DNA of 64,000 nucleotides from NCBI GenBank assembly GCA_051530055.1, contig CM121343.1:3876389-3940388 (forward strand), read 5' to 3'. Position numbers and translations under genes: made by a program. How positions within the stretch are numbered: the first letter of the stretch is position 1; the number at the start of each line of letters is the position of its first letter. Shown here in pieces: positions 37,450 to 50,523 of this stretch. A model generated the notes under the pieces. It saw nothing but the letters and a program-made list of their open reading frames with translations, had not been told where the DNA came from and searched no databases. This DNA comes from Neoechinorhynchus agilis (lineage: Eukaryota > Animalia > Acanthocephala).

Positions 37450-38600
37450 AAGGCCGTACGGTTATAAGTTTGTACATATCTCCGGATCCTCAGATACCTC
37501 CCGGGAGGCGGGACTCATCAGTGATCTTCCTACTTGCGGTCGAGAAAATCGGCTTACAGTCCAACAAACATTTTTAAGTCTGGCAAGCCGGTATGCATCA
37601 TTAAATTTTGTTATCCCTCCGGCTTATTTTTTGCATAAAGCCAAACCAATTACACCAGAGAATTGATCAACCACTAGTCTTGATGCACGTTAAGAGTTTG
37701 TACATTCCTCCGGATCCTCAGATACCTCCAGGAGGCGGGACTCATCAGTGAGCTTCCTCCCTTCAGCGGTATTTTTATTTGACCACCTCGGCCGAATGAA
37801 CTCACCAGTTAATCGGCTCAGGCCTCCCACATGCTCTATGCACGTTAAGAGTTTTACATCTCCGGATCCTCAGATACCTCCGGAGGCGGGACTCATCAGT
37901 GAGTTTCCTCCTTGCGGCCATGACCACCTCGAACTGAAGTCAAACACGCTCAGGGTGAGCGCGGTGTTCTATTTTTTAGTTTTTACTGGCAAGCCGGTAT
38001 TGTTATCATCATTAAATTTTTTAGTTTATCCCTTTGTCCGGCTTATTTTTTAGGCATAAAGCCAAACCAATTACACCAAAGAATTGATACAACCACATTG
38101 TCTCTGATGCACTGTTAAGAGTTTGTACATCTCTCCGGATCCTCAGATACCTCCGGGAGGCGGGACTCATCAGTGAGTTTCCTCCCTTAAGCGGTATTTC
38201 GTCCCCTTTGGTTGTGCGTCATTGGTGGTAACGGATTCGGACCACTTGACCCCTAATCGGGATCACGGGCATTAGTCCACTTGACCACCTCGGCACAACT
38301 ACGAAATGTCAAACTCAGCCAGTTAATCGGCTCAGGGTGAGCGCGGTGTTCTATTTTTTAGTTTTTACTGGCAAGCCGGTATTGTTATCATCATTAAATT
38401 TTTTAGTTTATCCCTTTGTCCGGCTTATTTTTTAGGCATAAAGCCAAATCAATTACACCAAAGAATTGATACAACCACATAGTCTCTGATGCACCGTTAA
38501 GAGTTTGTACATTCCTCCGGATCCTCAGATCCCTCCAGGGGTTTGGCTTTATGCCTAAAAAATAAGCCGGACAAAGGGATAAACTAAAGTTTAATGAATC
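37450..38600. repeat. Composite modular repeat with a terminal fold-back
   Basis: Module CTCCGGATCCTCAGATACCTCC occurs five times (~37480, 37710, 37860, 38135, 38515). 38392-38448 is inverted at 38540-38597. Confidence 0.85.
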
Positions 38601-38995
38601 AACAAATGATATCATTTTAGTTTGAGAGATTCTTCCGGATTAATTAAGTATAAGCTTAGTTTGTCCCTCAGCAGCGGTTCCATCACTTTCAGGTGATGAT
38701 TGGTCGTCTCCTGAACGTCGCGTTGAAGGTATGCACCGATTAATGTTCGCGAGTAGGAATGCTGGAGTGGAGATTTACGGATGCTCGAGGTAATTAGTAG
38801 TCACTTTGAGTTTAGAATAATTGTTCAGTTGTTTAGATCGAATGACGTAGTTTAGACTTGTTATAAAAGCGGCAAGGAAACGGAAGTCAATATTAAATAC
38901 GGTTAATTGCGCAGTTATTGATTGGAATTTAGCCAGTTGGAATCTTAAAAATCTGATACTGAAATTTGTGGATTTTACGTGGTTGCGTCGAATAT

Positions 38996-39394
38996 ATGAT
39001 CGATCCGTTTGATGAAGAGCACTTGAAGGATTCTTGCGATCCTCCCCCGTCCGACTCAACGCATGACGATGTATTGACAGATGAGCAAAAGGCTCGTAAG
39101 GAACGGCAACGGTATTACAATGCTCGTGAGCGCCGTCGGCGACATCATCTTCGTCAAGCGTTCGCAAACCTCCAAGAACCCCTTCAGAATATCAAGGAGA
39201 AGGCACCATCCAGATGCACGATTCTCCGAAAGGCGGTGCAATACATTCGGGCTCTTGAAGAGAGGGAGACGGAGCTTCTTCGTTCCATAAAAACATTAAC
39301 TGCCGAAAATAAGGAGATAATTAAAAACATCGAGGATGCGAAAGATGATGACGAATTGAGTGAGGACCAGTGGATCCAGAAATTTTTTTCATAA
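38996..39394 (+). CDS. Small Max/Myc-family bHLH-leucine zipper protein
   Basis: RYYNARERRRRHHLRQAFANLQ..APSRCTILRKAVQYIRALE followed by a zipper. No Myc boxes. Confidence 0.85.
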   Translation: MIDPFDEEHLKDSCDPPPSDSTHDDVLTDEQKARKERQRYYNARERRRRHHLRQAFANLQEPLQNIKEKAPSRCTILRKAVQYIRALEERETELLRSIKTLTAENKEIIKNIEDAKDDDELSEDQWIQKFFS

Positions 39395-39516
39395 ATTTTC
39401 GATCTCATACGATAATCAGAGTATAAGCATTTTTCCTAATTAACTAGAAGATCTAGAACTTTCATATGCCATTGGATATTCTTTTGATATTTATAAATGG
39501 TTCGTCAACATTTTTA

Positions 39517-40215
39517 TATGGCCGCGTTGGATCGCCGCGCTGATTCGCTGCAACAGGAAGCTGCTGGAGCGCATATCGCCGGTGGCATGTTTTAGCATCT
39601 TTCCCAGTCGAGAAAAGAAATAATCGGCTTCTTTTCCGAGGCATCCCAGTGTTTCCACCGCAATCGGGATGAATCGAGCGAGGAGTACTTCTGCCGCTTC
39701 TTTTCCTCGCTGAGGCTCGCGACTGCTCCCGCTTTTGAGGCGGCATCCCGTAAATGGAATGCTGCGAGCGTGTTGGGGCAGGTAAAATCCCAAACCAGTA
39801 ATTTCCCGGAGCACCATGGAAGGAGAGTTGCTCCATCAGGGCGTTTCCCGTCGTTCCGGGAGAGTCCAACTGGTTCGAGTCGAGCGGGAAAACCGGCCGT
39901 TGAGAGGGCTTCCTTTGAGTGCCGTGCGTGGCGAGCATTCGAACGCTTGCAGTCAAGGCCGTGAGTTCCCGACCTATTCACTGTCCCACCGCACCGACAT
40001 GTATATGAGCCTGAGAATTGGATGCTCAACCGAAGTGCCACAGCGACGGTGATGGCTTGGTCATTAGGCCTCGTGCCAACAGCCGTGATCTGGAAAGCCT
40101 TCAAGAAGTCGCTGGAGTGTGGAGCTGAGACTGCCAGGAGACGAGCTCTTTCGGTGGGACGGTTCGTTCGGGTGAGGATGTGTCCGTTCGTTTGAGATGT
40201 CCGTTCGTTCATCAC
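39517..40215 (-). mobile_element. RLE-type (CRE-like) non-LTR retrotransposon fragment with zinc knuckle and endonuclease
   Basis: CRCGGTVNRSGTHGLDCKRSNARHARH, GKRPDGATLLPWCSGKLLVWDFTCPNTLA, PIAVETLG and LLQRISAAIQRG. Confidence 0.92.
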
Positions 40216-40779
40216 TTTTGAGACCGAGTATAGTTAAAATGAGTTTCACAAATCGCTTTTTTGTTGCTTTGAAATCCTAAGGAACATATCCACCTTTCGC
40301 AAGTAGTTGCATTTTCGCTAACAGTGTAAAGCTTACTAACAACCTGAAGAAGTCGGGCGAAACGGACGAAATATTGAGAATAATAAATCAATCCCTATTT
40401 TTCTTATCACAAATATTCTTTATAAATATTTGAAGTCTGCCAGAAAACCTAATAATTGAGTTATTTGCGGGATGCGAAGGGCACAATTGATAAAAGGAAA
40501 AAATTCAGTCTTCTGAAAGCAAACGACGCTGTAGAAGGCGTGGTGACAATCGAAATGCTCAAAATGCATTTGCATCGATTATTTGAAGAACCAGAGGGGT
40601 GAGTTAACCTCCTCATTGGCCTTGTTCTAACTGCATTTGTAGATGGTGTATGTTTTGGAGGACCCGGATGAAGGAGTACAACTCCGAACTATTGGTCCAA
40701 AATAAATATTTCGTGTTAATCGCGTAAAGTGATGAAAAAACGACATTCGAAAAAACATGGCAAGAAAACCTTCTAACCA

Positions 40780-42727
40780 TTAAAATACCAGTTCAAATGA
40801 TTTAATAGAATAAACGAGTCCATCAATACTTTTTAAAAACGTACATATGAGCCAACGCTGTAAGACTGGCACCTCTTGCTACATCCGTTCCTGGAAGTGG
40901 CATAGCGGCCGAGGCAATATCCAAGTGACAATAAGGAATCGGCATTTTTTCGCTATTATCTCCGTGCTATGGTTCTATCGTGAAACTATTGATTATTAAC
41001 TGACTATGTTAATACCTCATCAAGTCCTGAAGCTCTTATTAAAAATGCAACAGGGTAAATGTGACCTCGAGGAGCTCTAGTCGACGGGGAATTTTTGCTT
41101 TGAATAATATCCGCTTTGTCTCCCTCGTATTTAATAAATTCAAAGTCTTCTCGTCGCAAAAAGGACTGCTCAATCGGATCGCCGATGTCAAACCCAATAA
41201 CTTTGAGCATTGAGCCAATACCGCATTTCAGCGCCGGTTTATTTTCGACAATCGCCTAAGTGAAGTGTATATGGTTGAGCGAAATAGGAGTTTAGTAGAT
41301 CCGGACGAACCGAATAGGAGGTTCCATAGGTGAGTCTAACATGACCAGTAAGGGTTGCGATGGTGTACAGAACGGGATTGTGTTCATTTAAAGCCTGACG
41401 AAAAAAGGAAGGCGAAGTTGACGATTCTTTTTAAAGTAATACTAACGAGCTCTTTTGCATAACAAAGAACATCAGCCATAGCCATTCGACCTTCAGCGTC
41501 AGTGTTTCCAATTGCTACCACTGTTCCGCTTCTTGAAGTGATGATTTCATCCGGAACATAAGCTTCTTCGCCAATATTGTTTCTTGCCATGGCCATTAAT
41601 CCGACGACCTTCACGTAAGATGGTCTAACCTCCGATAAGATCTAAATTGAAAATGATGTTTCCAATGCCAATGATTCTCGATGATGTTAACTTGAAAAAA
41701 CCCTGCTACAGCTCCAGCACCGCACTTATCAAAAGACATGAAGCGACTGCCTCCGTTAATTTTAACATCGATTCCGCCGGTATCAAAGGTAATGCCTTTT
41801 CCGATGAGAAATACGGCTTCCCTGGGCTCAATGCCAGTGTAAGTAAGTTCGAGTATACATCCGCGATGGCGCTCCACTTTTCGTGATCCACGATCGACCG
41901 CACTGAATAGGGGAAAATGTTTTTCCAATTCAGCTTGGTCATCGATTACTCTGACTTTAACAACGTCAGATCCATTGAATAGCTGCAGCACATAGTCGCG
42001 GACAAGTGGAGGGGTCATAACCTCTGGCGAACCACCACCAATATCCTTCATGACGATCCTTTTAATGATTTCGGGTCAATCATTCACAAATGCGGGACTC
42101 ACTTTCCCCTGTTGATAATGTCGGCACGAACAATGTCATCCCGGGCCAATAGAAGAGATCCCATGCAATCGATCTTGTGTTTGTGACTGTTCTGTCCATT
42201 TCTACGCTCAATGGGGGCATAAGTAGCCTCAAGAGCTCCAGAAGCTGCAGCGAAATAAGCCTTTCGAAAGACTGAAGGTTCGCAGAGGAAAAATGGCCTC
42301 TTGGAGCCACTACCAATCAGCCTCTGCATTCCTTTAAATCCCGCATGATAGAACTTTCTAACGTCGTCGTAATCATCGCCCAAACTTCCGGTTGGAGAAA
42401 ATACCTTTAGTTGGAAAAACGGATGCTTTTTTACGACGGCACATTTGTGGAAACCTACGATTCTCTTAATTTTAGAACTTGAATCCACAATGAGCGTTGG
42501 TTCCGAATGGAACTTTTTGTCTACCTAAAGGAAAGGTCGCCTCCAAATCTTTGAGAGAAAACATTACTCACATCTTCATGAGCGCTTAAAATACAATGCA
42601 GTGACCCGAGATTTTCGAATTTGTTGGTCGCAGAACCGACTAATAAAAGACCGTCGTATCCGTCAACATCCCACGTCTTTTCGAATTTGACAATATTACT
42701 AGTAACGAGGAGATTAATAGTATTCAA
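40780..42727 (-). CDS. M17 leucyl-aminopeptidase-family protein (W07G4.4-like), 7 GT-AG introns; 5' end unresolved
   Basis: FSPTGSLGDDYDDVRKF, KDIGGGSPE, IGKGITFDTGG, DKCGAGAVAGFFQ, GNTDAEGRMAMAD, TIATLTGH and PYCHLDIA. Confidence 0.92.
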
Positions 42728-43599
42728 TGGTGAATTTATTCATACAATTGCTCTGCTAAAGACATTAGGCAACCAAGTGTCTAGAAAAATATTTGTTAAT
42801 ACGATGTAGATATTAAAGTTTGCTGAACGTTCGGGAGATTTGAGGGGAAGTGCAAGTCGTGACAAAGGAGTTAAGACTGAATATGCCGAGAACGTTTTGA
42901 AAAACTGCGAACATAAAACTAAGTAAAAAAAGGGGAAATGTGTGAAAGCAAGATTCGATCATTTGCCTTTCCATCAAAGCTACTAAAAGCAATGATCTAA
43001 TGTGACTTTGTTCATTTTACTCAATGTTACTCATCTGCCGTGAGTACAATACACTACATAGAGTTAAAATTGTGGCGAATATACTCCCGGTTAAAACGTA
43101 TTTTATTGTTTCGAAATATTTTGAAAGAGGAAGCCTCGCTTTATCAGTCATCTAAAAGTTTTGTTGTATGTTATTCCATGGAAGGTATCAAGCTAATTTT
43201 AGCTTAAAACTAGCTACCAGCAACGCAGGGGTACAAAGGAAGTGATGCGGTCCCCGAATCTCGGGAATGTCGATCAAGCGAACTCGAGTCGTACAATACA
43301 AAATAACTAAAACCTTTTTTAGATTACTAATGAAACGAGGTTCCCGCGATAACTTAATAATGAAATACCTTTTAACCGGGAGTATCTTCAGCACAAAAGC
43401 CGAAATCTTTCTATTCGATTGTTCGTCATGAAAGCCTATTAACTCTTTGTGAGTCGCTCATTGTCATATCCGCAATATTATCAAAAATTGAAATTTGTAA
43501 ACCACCATTAAACATTTGTTGTTAGTCAGAAGGATAAATGTCACGTGCGCGTTATTTACGAATAAACATTGAATTGCGATATCCGAGAATTGTTTAAGG

Positions 43600-44450
43600 A
43601 TGGATCCTAATGTAGCGGAGCGACAGAAGATGAAATCTGAGAAAGTTGTTTTCCGGTGCAACGGTTTTAGATTCTGCTACCCTTGGCCCAAAAGATCAAT
43701 CAACCCATTTCGTGAAACGCCCCACTCCAAAGTTAAATTATCTTATAAGAATTGCAAAGGAAAACATGGGAGAATACAAGCATTCGGGATTAACTAGGAA
43801 ATATAGGTCCTAATAACCGACTGGCCCGATTTACCGGTGGTCTAATTAGCCGGCTTTGACTGTTTTTCCAAGAACATTTAACTCTAGAAGGAAATCATCA
43901 ACTATGCCACTATAGCATTAAGCGATTATTCTCTAGGAAGTTTCACACAATCGTGGTGTTTATGGACTCAGAAGAGAAGAAATTATTAAAATGCTCAAAG
44001 AAAGTGACATCAAATTTGACAATTTCTCTGGAAAGTTCACCTTCCTCATATTGAATATGACGTTGTACCGATCCACTGAAGGCTACCGATGCAATTCTGT
44101 GCTCGAGAATGATCAATGTGGCTGAAACTATCTGTTGGAGCTCGGTAAACTTTTCAAATTTCAGCGAATCAATTCATGATTTCAATATGATTTCTGCTCC
44201 GAGATTAAGTGAATCTTTATCTAAACTTATTTAAAAAATGCACCCATTGGGGGGGGTTATGCTTCATCGTCTTCAAATCGCCTCAGATGCCTGATATGTG
44301 AAGGCTCCCACACCAAAGCCTCCTGTCTGAACCCACATAAAATGGTGTAATTTCGGCCTTCCCCATATACGGCCTATGCCCGAACTTGCGTTGCAGCTAA
44401 TAAATATTATAAGGAAGGAGTAACGTCCAATAATCTAAGGTCAGCAGATG
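43600..44450 (+). mobile_element. Possible decayed non-LTR ORF1 (gag-like) remnant
   Basis: Zinc-knuckle-like RCLICEGSHTKASC at ~44300 followed by a degenerate second knuckle. Multiple stops. Confidence 0.35.
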
Positions 44451-44699
44451 AAAAATCTATTGCTTCCTTGCTATTCATGCCCTCACTGCGAAACTCCTTA
44501 TCAAGAAAGTAGAACTAACCCATGGATGGCCGAGAAAAAGGGATCTCAATTTAGTCAAATGCGATCCCGCCATTTATGGCGAATTTTACAGGGATGGAGC
44601 CATTTTAGTTTTCCCTGCGGTCACAGTCCTTCCCAAGAAAGTCCGCAAACAATCTAGTCCCTGCTCTTATGCAGGAAACTGCTAACCCCCGTAAAATGG

Positions 44700-45230
44700 T
44701 AGGATCACAGTGTCCTTAAGACTTGGTCTCCCGGTATGCACGCCCAATCGCCGTCGATGTGGATCTTTGGTTGATGCTTTCGGGCGATACGGTCTCGTTT
44801 GACGAAAGTCAGGAGGAAGGTTCTCACGCCATTCTGAGATCAACAGCGTAATTTCTCGGGCGTTGAGATCGGCGAACTTCCCGAACATCCTGGAACCCGC
44901 CCACCTTTGTCGACTAGACGGCCGTAGGCCCGATGGAATTTCGGTCTTTCCGTGGCGGACATTCCCTACTCTCTCTCTCGAAATCGCTGGAGGTGCCGCC
45001 AGTGCAGCGGAAGGGAGGAAGGTACGAAAATATAGAGAATTAGCAAGGGCCCACTATTTTGTTACCTTCGAAGTAGAGACGTATGGAGCGCTTGGCAGCT
45101 CGGCACTCTGCTCTAGGATCTCTCGAAGAAATTGAGAGAAACGACCGGCGACGCACGAGCAGGTGTATTCCCGTGACAAAATATCTCGCTTACAGTACAA
45201 CGAAGCAGCGTGATAACGACAGCCGAGGAA
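44700..45230 (+). mobile_element. Decayed RLE-type (CRE-like) non-LTR fragment
   Basis: NILEPAHLCRLDGRRPDGISVFPW, AGGAASAAEGRKVRKYREL and FEVETYGALG. Confidence 0.85.
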
Positions 45231-45615
45231 GCAGAGAAGCTTCAATTTTGCGGACGGTGGTGATTGTACGTTTTGTGCTTACACTGATTATGAATACAAA
45301 TTGGTCTTTCACTACGAGGATCAGTTTAAATGGAAAAATCTTGATCTTTAACGAGTCTAACAATTTACTACCAGTTCACACCTTTCATGCAGTGCAAAGT
45401 CCGAGGAAGCTAAAGCATAGTCCAATCGACACAATCAAGTTTATGACCACTCCTGAAAAACGAAACGCGGCTTCAAATCAGCTAATTGTCCACCAAATGG
45501 AGATGTTGTGTTCCATACCTATACAAAAAATGCAGAAGGTTTGATACTTTGCAAAGAAATGGGCTACTGGGTATTATAAACGATTTTCTGGTACATAAAA
45601 CATATTTGGAAAATC

Positions 45616-47435
45616 TTTCCTGACTTTTTCTCGAGGTCTCAGATTGCCTTTAATCTTTATGTTGTACCCAGCCGAGTGCCTTTTTCATTAACACCTATTT
45701 TTGAGTTGGTTGTAATGAAGGGTCAATTCGTTTGCTCCTTGCGGATTTAAATTCGCGAGGCTTAACCTCTTTCCTAACTTTTTCTAGAGGTCTCAGATTG
45801 CCTTTACTCTTTATGTTGTTCCCGGCAGAGTGTCTTATTCATTAACACCTATTTTTGAGTTGGTTGTAATGAAGGGTCAATTCGTTTGCTCCTTGCGGAT
45901 TTAAATTCGCGAGGCTTAACCTCTTTCCTGACTTTTTCTCGAGGTCTCAGATTGCCGTTAATCTTTGTTGTTCCCAGCAGAGTGTCATTTTCATTAACAC
46001 CTATTTTTGAGTTGGTTGTAATGAAGGGTCAATTCGTTTGCTCCTTGCGGTATTAAATTCGCGGGGCCCAATCTCTTTCCTGACTTTTTCTCGAGGTCTC
46101 AGATTTCCTGTAGTCTATGTTGTTCCAAGTAGAGTGTCTTTTTCATTAATACCTATTTTTGAGTTGGTTGTAATGAAGGGTCAACTCGTTTACTCCTTGC
46201 GGATTTAAACTCGCGAGGCTTAACCTCTTTCCTGACTTTTTCTCGAGGTCTCAGATTGCCTTTACTCTTTATGTTGTTCCCGGCAGAGTGTCTTATTCAT
46301 TAACACCTATTTTTGAGTTGGTTGTAATGAAGGGTCAATTCGTTTGCTCCTTGCGGATTTAAATTCGCGAGGCTCAACCTCTTTCCTGACTTTTTCTCGA
46401 GGTCTCAGATTGCCTGTAATCTTTATGTTGTTCCCAGCAGAGTGTCTTTTTCATTAACACCTATTTTTGAGTTGGTTGTAATGAAGGGTCAATTCGTTTG
46501 CTCCTTGCGGATTAAATTCGCGAGGCTTAACCTCTTTCCTGACTTTTCTCGAGGTCTCAGATTGCCTTTAATCTTTATGTTGTTCCCAGCAGAGTGTCTT
46601 TTTCATTAACACCTATTTTTGAGTTGGTTGTAATGAAGGGTCAATTCGTTTGCTCCTTGCGGATTTAAATTCGCGAGGCTCAACCTCTTTCCTGACTTTT
46701 TCTCGAGGTCTCAGATTTCCTTTAATCTTTATGTTGTTCCCAGCAGAGTGTCTTTTTCATTAACACCTATTTTTGAGTTGGTTGTAATGAAGGGTCAATT
46801 CGTTTGCTCCTTGCGGATTTAAATTCGCGAGGCTCAACCTCTTTCCTGACTTTTTCTCGAGGTCTCAGATTGCCTTTAATCTTTATGTTGTTCCCAGCAG
46901 AGTGTCTTTTTCATTAACACCTATTTTTGAGTTGGTTGTAATGAAGGGTCAATTCGTTTGCTCCTTGCGGATTTAAATTCGCGAGGCTTAACCTCTTTCC
47001 TGACTTTTTCTCGAGGTCTCAGATTGCCTTTAATCTTTATGTTGTTCCCAGCAGAGTGTCTTTTTAATTAACACCTATTTTTGAGTTGGTTGTAATGAAG
47101 GGTCAATTCGTTTGCTCCTTGCGGATTTAAATTCGCGAGGCTTAACCTCTTTCCTGACTTTTTCTCGAGGTCTCACATTGCCTGTTATCTTTATGTTGTT
47201 CCCAGCAGAGTGTCTTTTTAATTAACACCTATTTTTGAGTTGGTTGTAATGAAGGGTCAACTCGTTTACTCCTTGCGGATTTAAATTCGCGAGGCTTAAC
47301 CTCTTTCCTGACTTTTTCTCGAGGTCTCAGATTGCCTTTACTCTTTATGTTGTTCCCAGCAGAGTGTCTTTTTAATTAACACCTATTTTTGAGTTGGTTG
47401 TAATGAAGGGTCAATTCGTTTGGTCCTTGCGGATT
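45616..47435. repeat. Tandem satellite, ~153-154-bp unit, ~12 copies
   Basis: TTTCCTGACTTTTTCTCGAGGTCTCAGATTGCC..GAGTTGGTTGTAATGAAGGGTCAATTCG is repeated. Confidence 0.97.
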
Positions 47436-48119
47436 TCAAGGAACGCTCGTTGCAGCTCCTATGGGATTTGGCATGTCCCTGAACTCCATCTTTCCGATTA
47501 AAGGCTTGAGAAGTTTACGACTTCAATATCTAGGTGGGATTGTGTTGAGTGTAATTTATTTCCTTGCGATTTGGTCGTCAATCAAATATCTACCTGATAA
47601 AATAAATTGGCCGAGTAAGATATTAATTACTCGCAGATCGCTTTTTCTGGTTAAAAAGATTAAAAATACATCAACGTTGAAAAATAAACGCTTCTAATAG
47701 TTTTCATGTGTTTATTCGAAATTTATCCGTAACCACTAAAATGAAGTGTGAATGGAATTATGGTCTAAATTTTTTATGCTTGTGAAATGGCTGATTGTGC
47801 GGTTCTTCTCCTCACATAAAATCACAGCTGATAGAAATTCGTTGAATAGCCATAAAAGTTGGTCTGGCACACGTTAGCATTTTAATCCGCGCCGCATGGG
47901 TTATTTCGTACTGTTTTAAAAAGGACAGCAACTGAATGATCCAGAGGCAGAATAAAAGGTTTGTTTTAAAACAGCAAAGCATCGATTTCAGTGTTATATA
48001 TATTGATTATTGAGCATTAATTTGAAGCATCGTAAGTTCTGAGCGGTCGTTATTTTCAACAAAAAGAGGTGCAAATCGATGAGTCTGATACTTCAAGATT
48101 AATCATCTCTAAACGTCGG

Positions 48120-48500
48120 CCATAATTATTTTAGCCGTAAATGCGGAATGAGACGGCACCAGATACTCGGTTACATCATCAAAGCGCTGGCATATCTAAC
48201 CGCGAATCCCACATTGTCCCATCGTCTCGGCAGTTCCGCGTTGCGCCGAGTCTCCATCGATGCGCACGCGCACATAAAGCGAAGTTTGCTAGTAGCGCTA
48301 TGGCGGCGGCGGCGGCGGCGGTGCCCTTCGGATGCTGCTCGGGCGCGTCAGGCGGCGGATTACTTATTCTCGCTCGCATGCGCGCGCGCTGATGCTCCCC
48401 TTCGCTTCCATCGCGCGTCTGTGCCACATCCGCACGCCTCCATTGACGTCAGAACTATGCGTGGGTGTATAGATTCGGCGCGGCCGTCCTCTCCGAAAAA
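48120..48500 (+). promoter_or_regulatory. GC/CpG-rich promoter island upstream of Rap1
   Basis: GC-rich against an AT-rich background. Contains a (GGC)n tract with YY1-like ATGGCGGC, NRF1-like CGCATGCGCG and CRE TGACGTCA (48444-48451). Confidence 0.55.
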
Positions 48501-48530
48501 TATATTCATATCGTTTGATTGGTGTTTAAG

Positions 48531-49318
<788 letters not shown>

Positions 49319-50140
49319 AGCTGCGATTTAAGTTTGTGTGTGTATTCCATTATTTGGCAATATATTCTCCTGGTGCGCATCACTGCGTTTTCTATCGACC
49401 ATTAAACAATAAAAAGGACTTCTCGGATTTAATGCTAGCGGAGATGGAAGTTGGTCAAACTAAGTTGTAATGACATTGTGCACTCGATAATCCATTCTCT
49501 CTCTCGTTTGTCTTTTTTCTCTGTTGCAAACTTCGATGTAAATGGACCGAAATTAGAATATGCTAAAGAAACGCGAAGGAAATCAAATTTCCTTGATTAC
49601 TAATTAAGGGCGGTAAGCTAAAGAAGCAACATTCATAAAGCTTCTCCCATTTTTGTTGCATACAGAAATTTTGAGTGATTTGTACGATTTTTTGCGTTGT
49701 CGCTCCTGATTGACTTCGGTGGTTCCGATAGAAAATCACGACCAATGTTTTAGGAGTATTGTGAGATTCATGAAGCCAACTTGCAACTCATTGTCGTTGG
49801 GTTTCATGTCCTCTTTTCAGACTGAATGGTTGTTCAAATCGGTTTGGTGTTAAGGTGCAAAATACGACTTGATTTCATTGCGTAGAGGAACGGATTCATG
49901 AATCTCTTCAATAATTTGGGAAAATAGTATCATTGCAACGTACCAAAAGATCAAAGGAAGGTTTACTGAGTGATCTTACACCCTTGAAGGTAAAGTCAGG
50001 CTAATAAGAAAAATCGCCTTCTACGATATTGCGTGACTCAAAAATAATTAAAGTTGTGACAAACAATTTAATTTCACATAACCAAAATTAGAATTTCGGT
50101 GAACATTGTCCCGGACATGACATATTTGATTTATTGAAAA

Positions 50141-50221
50141 TATTTCACAAGATAACCTCCCTTCATCAGTCATTTTGTTTAAATAGAAATTCAAGTTAAG
50201 GCGAGGTTACCTCATGAAATA
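50141..50221. mobile_element. Small TA-flanked palindromic element
   Basis: TATTTCACAAGATAACCTC / GAGGTTACCTCATGAAATA. Confidence 0.7.
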
Positions 50222-50523
50222 CTTCAGTCATGCACGAGAGTACGCTCACCAAAATTCTAATTTGATTATCCCGAAGGATTTTCTGTGCCGATGATAAACC
50301 CAAATATTAACTCCATATTGTCGATATGCTCGGATCACAGGTTTTCGTCTATACAATTTACAGTCAACCGCGGACTACAAGCCCGATTTTCAATAATATC
50401 TTCCCCACCACCAGTAAAACTAAAAGAGATCAACAAGATATGTATGCAAATGTGCCTGACGCTCCTTGAATGATTCACGACCTAGTCTTGATCTCCAATC
50501 ATCATATTCAGACTGAATGTTGT

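Noticed and set aside
42690-42745. Hairpin near the M17 aminopeptidase 5' end linking an out-of-frame ATG (42743)
   Set aside because: The weak AT-rich stem is not aligned with any frame-restoring TA pair. The start remains unresolved.
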